Shown one piece after another: positions 63,125 through 64,000 of a stretch of 64,000 bases of DNA. The stretch is from positions 41,044 to 105,043 of the forward strand of contig JAQXOT010000011.1 of assembly GCA_029099845.1 (NCBI GenBank), in the 5' to 3' direction. Every line of letters starts with the position of its first letter. Within the stretch, counting starts at the first letter, position 1. The position numbers and the translations under genes are program-made. A model generated the notes under the pieces. That model did not search any database. It was not told the origin of the DNA and saw only the letters and a program-made list of their open reading frames with translations. This stretch comes from a bacterium. GTDB taxonomy: Bacteria > Bacillota_I > Bacilli_A > RF39 > UBA660.

Positions 63125-63823
63125 ATGTTAGTATATGGAAGAAATGTTGCGAGAGAATTATTGCAAAAAAAAGAAAAGATTACAAAGATAATTATTCAGG
63201 ATGGTATGGATGATAAAAATTTAAATTTACTTATAAAAAATAGTAAAATTCCTGTTGAATATAAGTCAAAAAGAGAAATGGATAAGTTGGCTAATGGAGT
63301 TCATCAGGGTATAATTCTAACTATTCCGGACTATAAGTATAAAAGTATGGAGACTATTTTAGAGAAAAATCCGTCTTTTGTAGTTATTTTAGATCATATT
63401 GAAGATCCACATAATTTTGGGGCAATAATACGTACTTGTGAAGCTGCAGGAGTTGATGCCATTATTATTCCTCGTGATAGGCAAGTGCAAGTTAATGCGA
63501 CTGTTATGAAAACTAGTGTGGGAACGCTTGATAATATGGATATTGTTTCTGTTACTAATTTGGTCAATACTATTTCTTTACTAAAAGATAATGGTTTTTG
63601 GGTAGTTGGTACGGCACTTGAGGATAGCGTTGATTATCGAAGCATCGATTATTCTTCAAAAATTGCTTTGGTTATTGGTAATGAGGGAAGTGGAATGTCG
63701 AGATTGGTTAAAGAATCATGTGATTTTATAGCAAAGATACCAATGTATGGAACAACAAATAGTTTAAATGCAAGTGTTGCTGCAGGAATTATGATATATG
63801 AGGTAGTCCGTAATAGAAAGTAG
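63125..63823 (+). CDS. rlmB: TrmH/SpoU-family 23S rRNA 2'-O-methyltransferase (RlmB/YacO-like)
   Basis: SPOUT motifs LDHIEDPHNFGAIIRT and GNEGSGMS. Confidence 0.85.
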   Translation: MLVYGRNVARELLQKKEKITKIIIQDGMDDKNLNLLIKNSKIPVEYKSKREMDKLANGVHQGIILTIPDYKYKSMETILEKNPSFVVILDHIEDPHNFGAIIRTCEAAGVDAIIIPRDRQVQVNATVMKTSVGTLDNMDIVSVTNLVNTISLLKDNGFWVVGTALEDSVDYRSIDYSSKIALVIGNEGSGMSRLVKESCDFIAKIPMYGTTNSLNASVAAGIMIYEVVRNRK

Positions 63824-63832
63824 AGGAATTAA

Positions 63833-64000
63833 TGGATTACAAACAAGTTAATGATTATGAAGTTATGTATATGATAAGGGAAAATGATGATGAGGCCCAA
63901 GATTTATTGGTGAAAAAGTATATGCCTATTGTTAGCAAAATTGCGTCTAAATATTTGCCACTTGTTAAAACTTGTGGTATTGAATTTGATGATTTGTTAC
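63833..64000 (+). CDS. sigH: RNA polymerase sigma-H, N-terminal fragment (continues past window end)
   Basis: Position after rlmB; MDYKQVNDYEVMYMIRENDDEAQDLLVKKYMPIV resembles the sigma-70 region 2 lead-in of SigH. Confidence 0.6.

Overview
This window is the origin-proximal core of a very AT-rich (~28% GC) spore-forming Firmicute chromosome. A ParB/Noc-like gene (partial), rsmG, mnmG, mnmE, jag, yidC, rnpA and rpmH lie on the minus strand. Next comes a bipartite oriC of DnaA-box clusters flanking dnaA, then dnaN, comK, recF, gyrB and gyrA on the plus strand. A 1-kb non-coding stretch after gyrA carries five perfect parS sites. The rest of the window follows Bacillus-like synteny: tadA-dnaX-ybaB-recR-bofA-holB-ricT-trmN6-rsmI-pth-mfd-spoVT, then a T-box leader, metG and tatD. 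A small accessory patch holds three paralogous signal-peptide proteins and a SipW-type signal peptidase. After that come ksgA, yabG, veg, spoVG, yabP, yabQ, divIC, tilS, ftsH, mscL, dusB, lysS, an orphan type IV pilin, a clpC-like gene, cysS, mrnC, rlmB and the start of sigH. The standout feature is that the sporulation protease gene yabG is split into a 5' piece (35453..35755) and a 3' piece (47025..47558) by an ~11.3-kb insertion. The insertion ends in two tandem CcrAB-like large serine recombinases next to one junction. Its cargo is a membrane-associated module: a vWA protein fused to a solute-binding-like domain, an XpaC-like protein, a second solute-binding-like paralog, a TelA/YaaN-like protein, a SpoVK/CbbX-type AAA+ ATPase, and a GDPD phosphodiesterase with a WxG-like N-terminus. 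The two junctions share a GATG(C/G)TGATA core in the same reading phase, so precise excision would rebuild an intact, collinear yabG. This looks like a developmentally excised intervening element of the skin type. All calls are from reading the sequence and remembered family signatures; no database search was possible.
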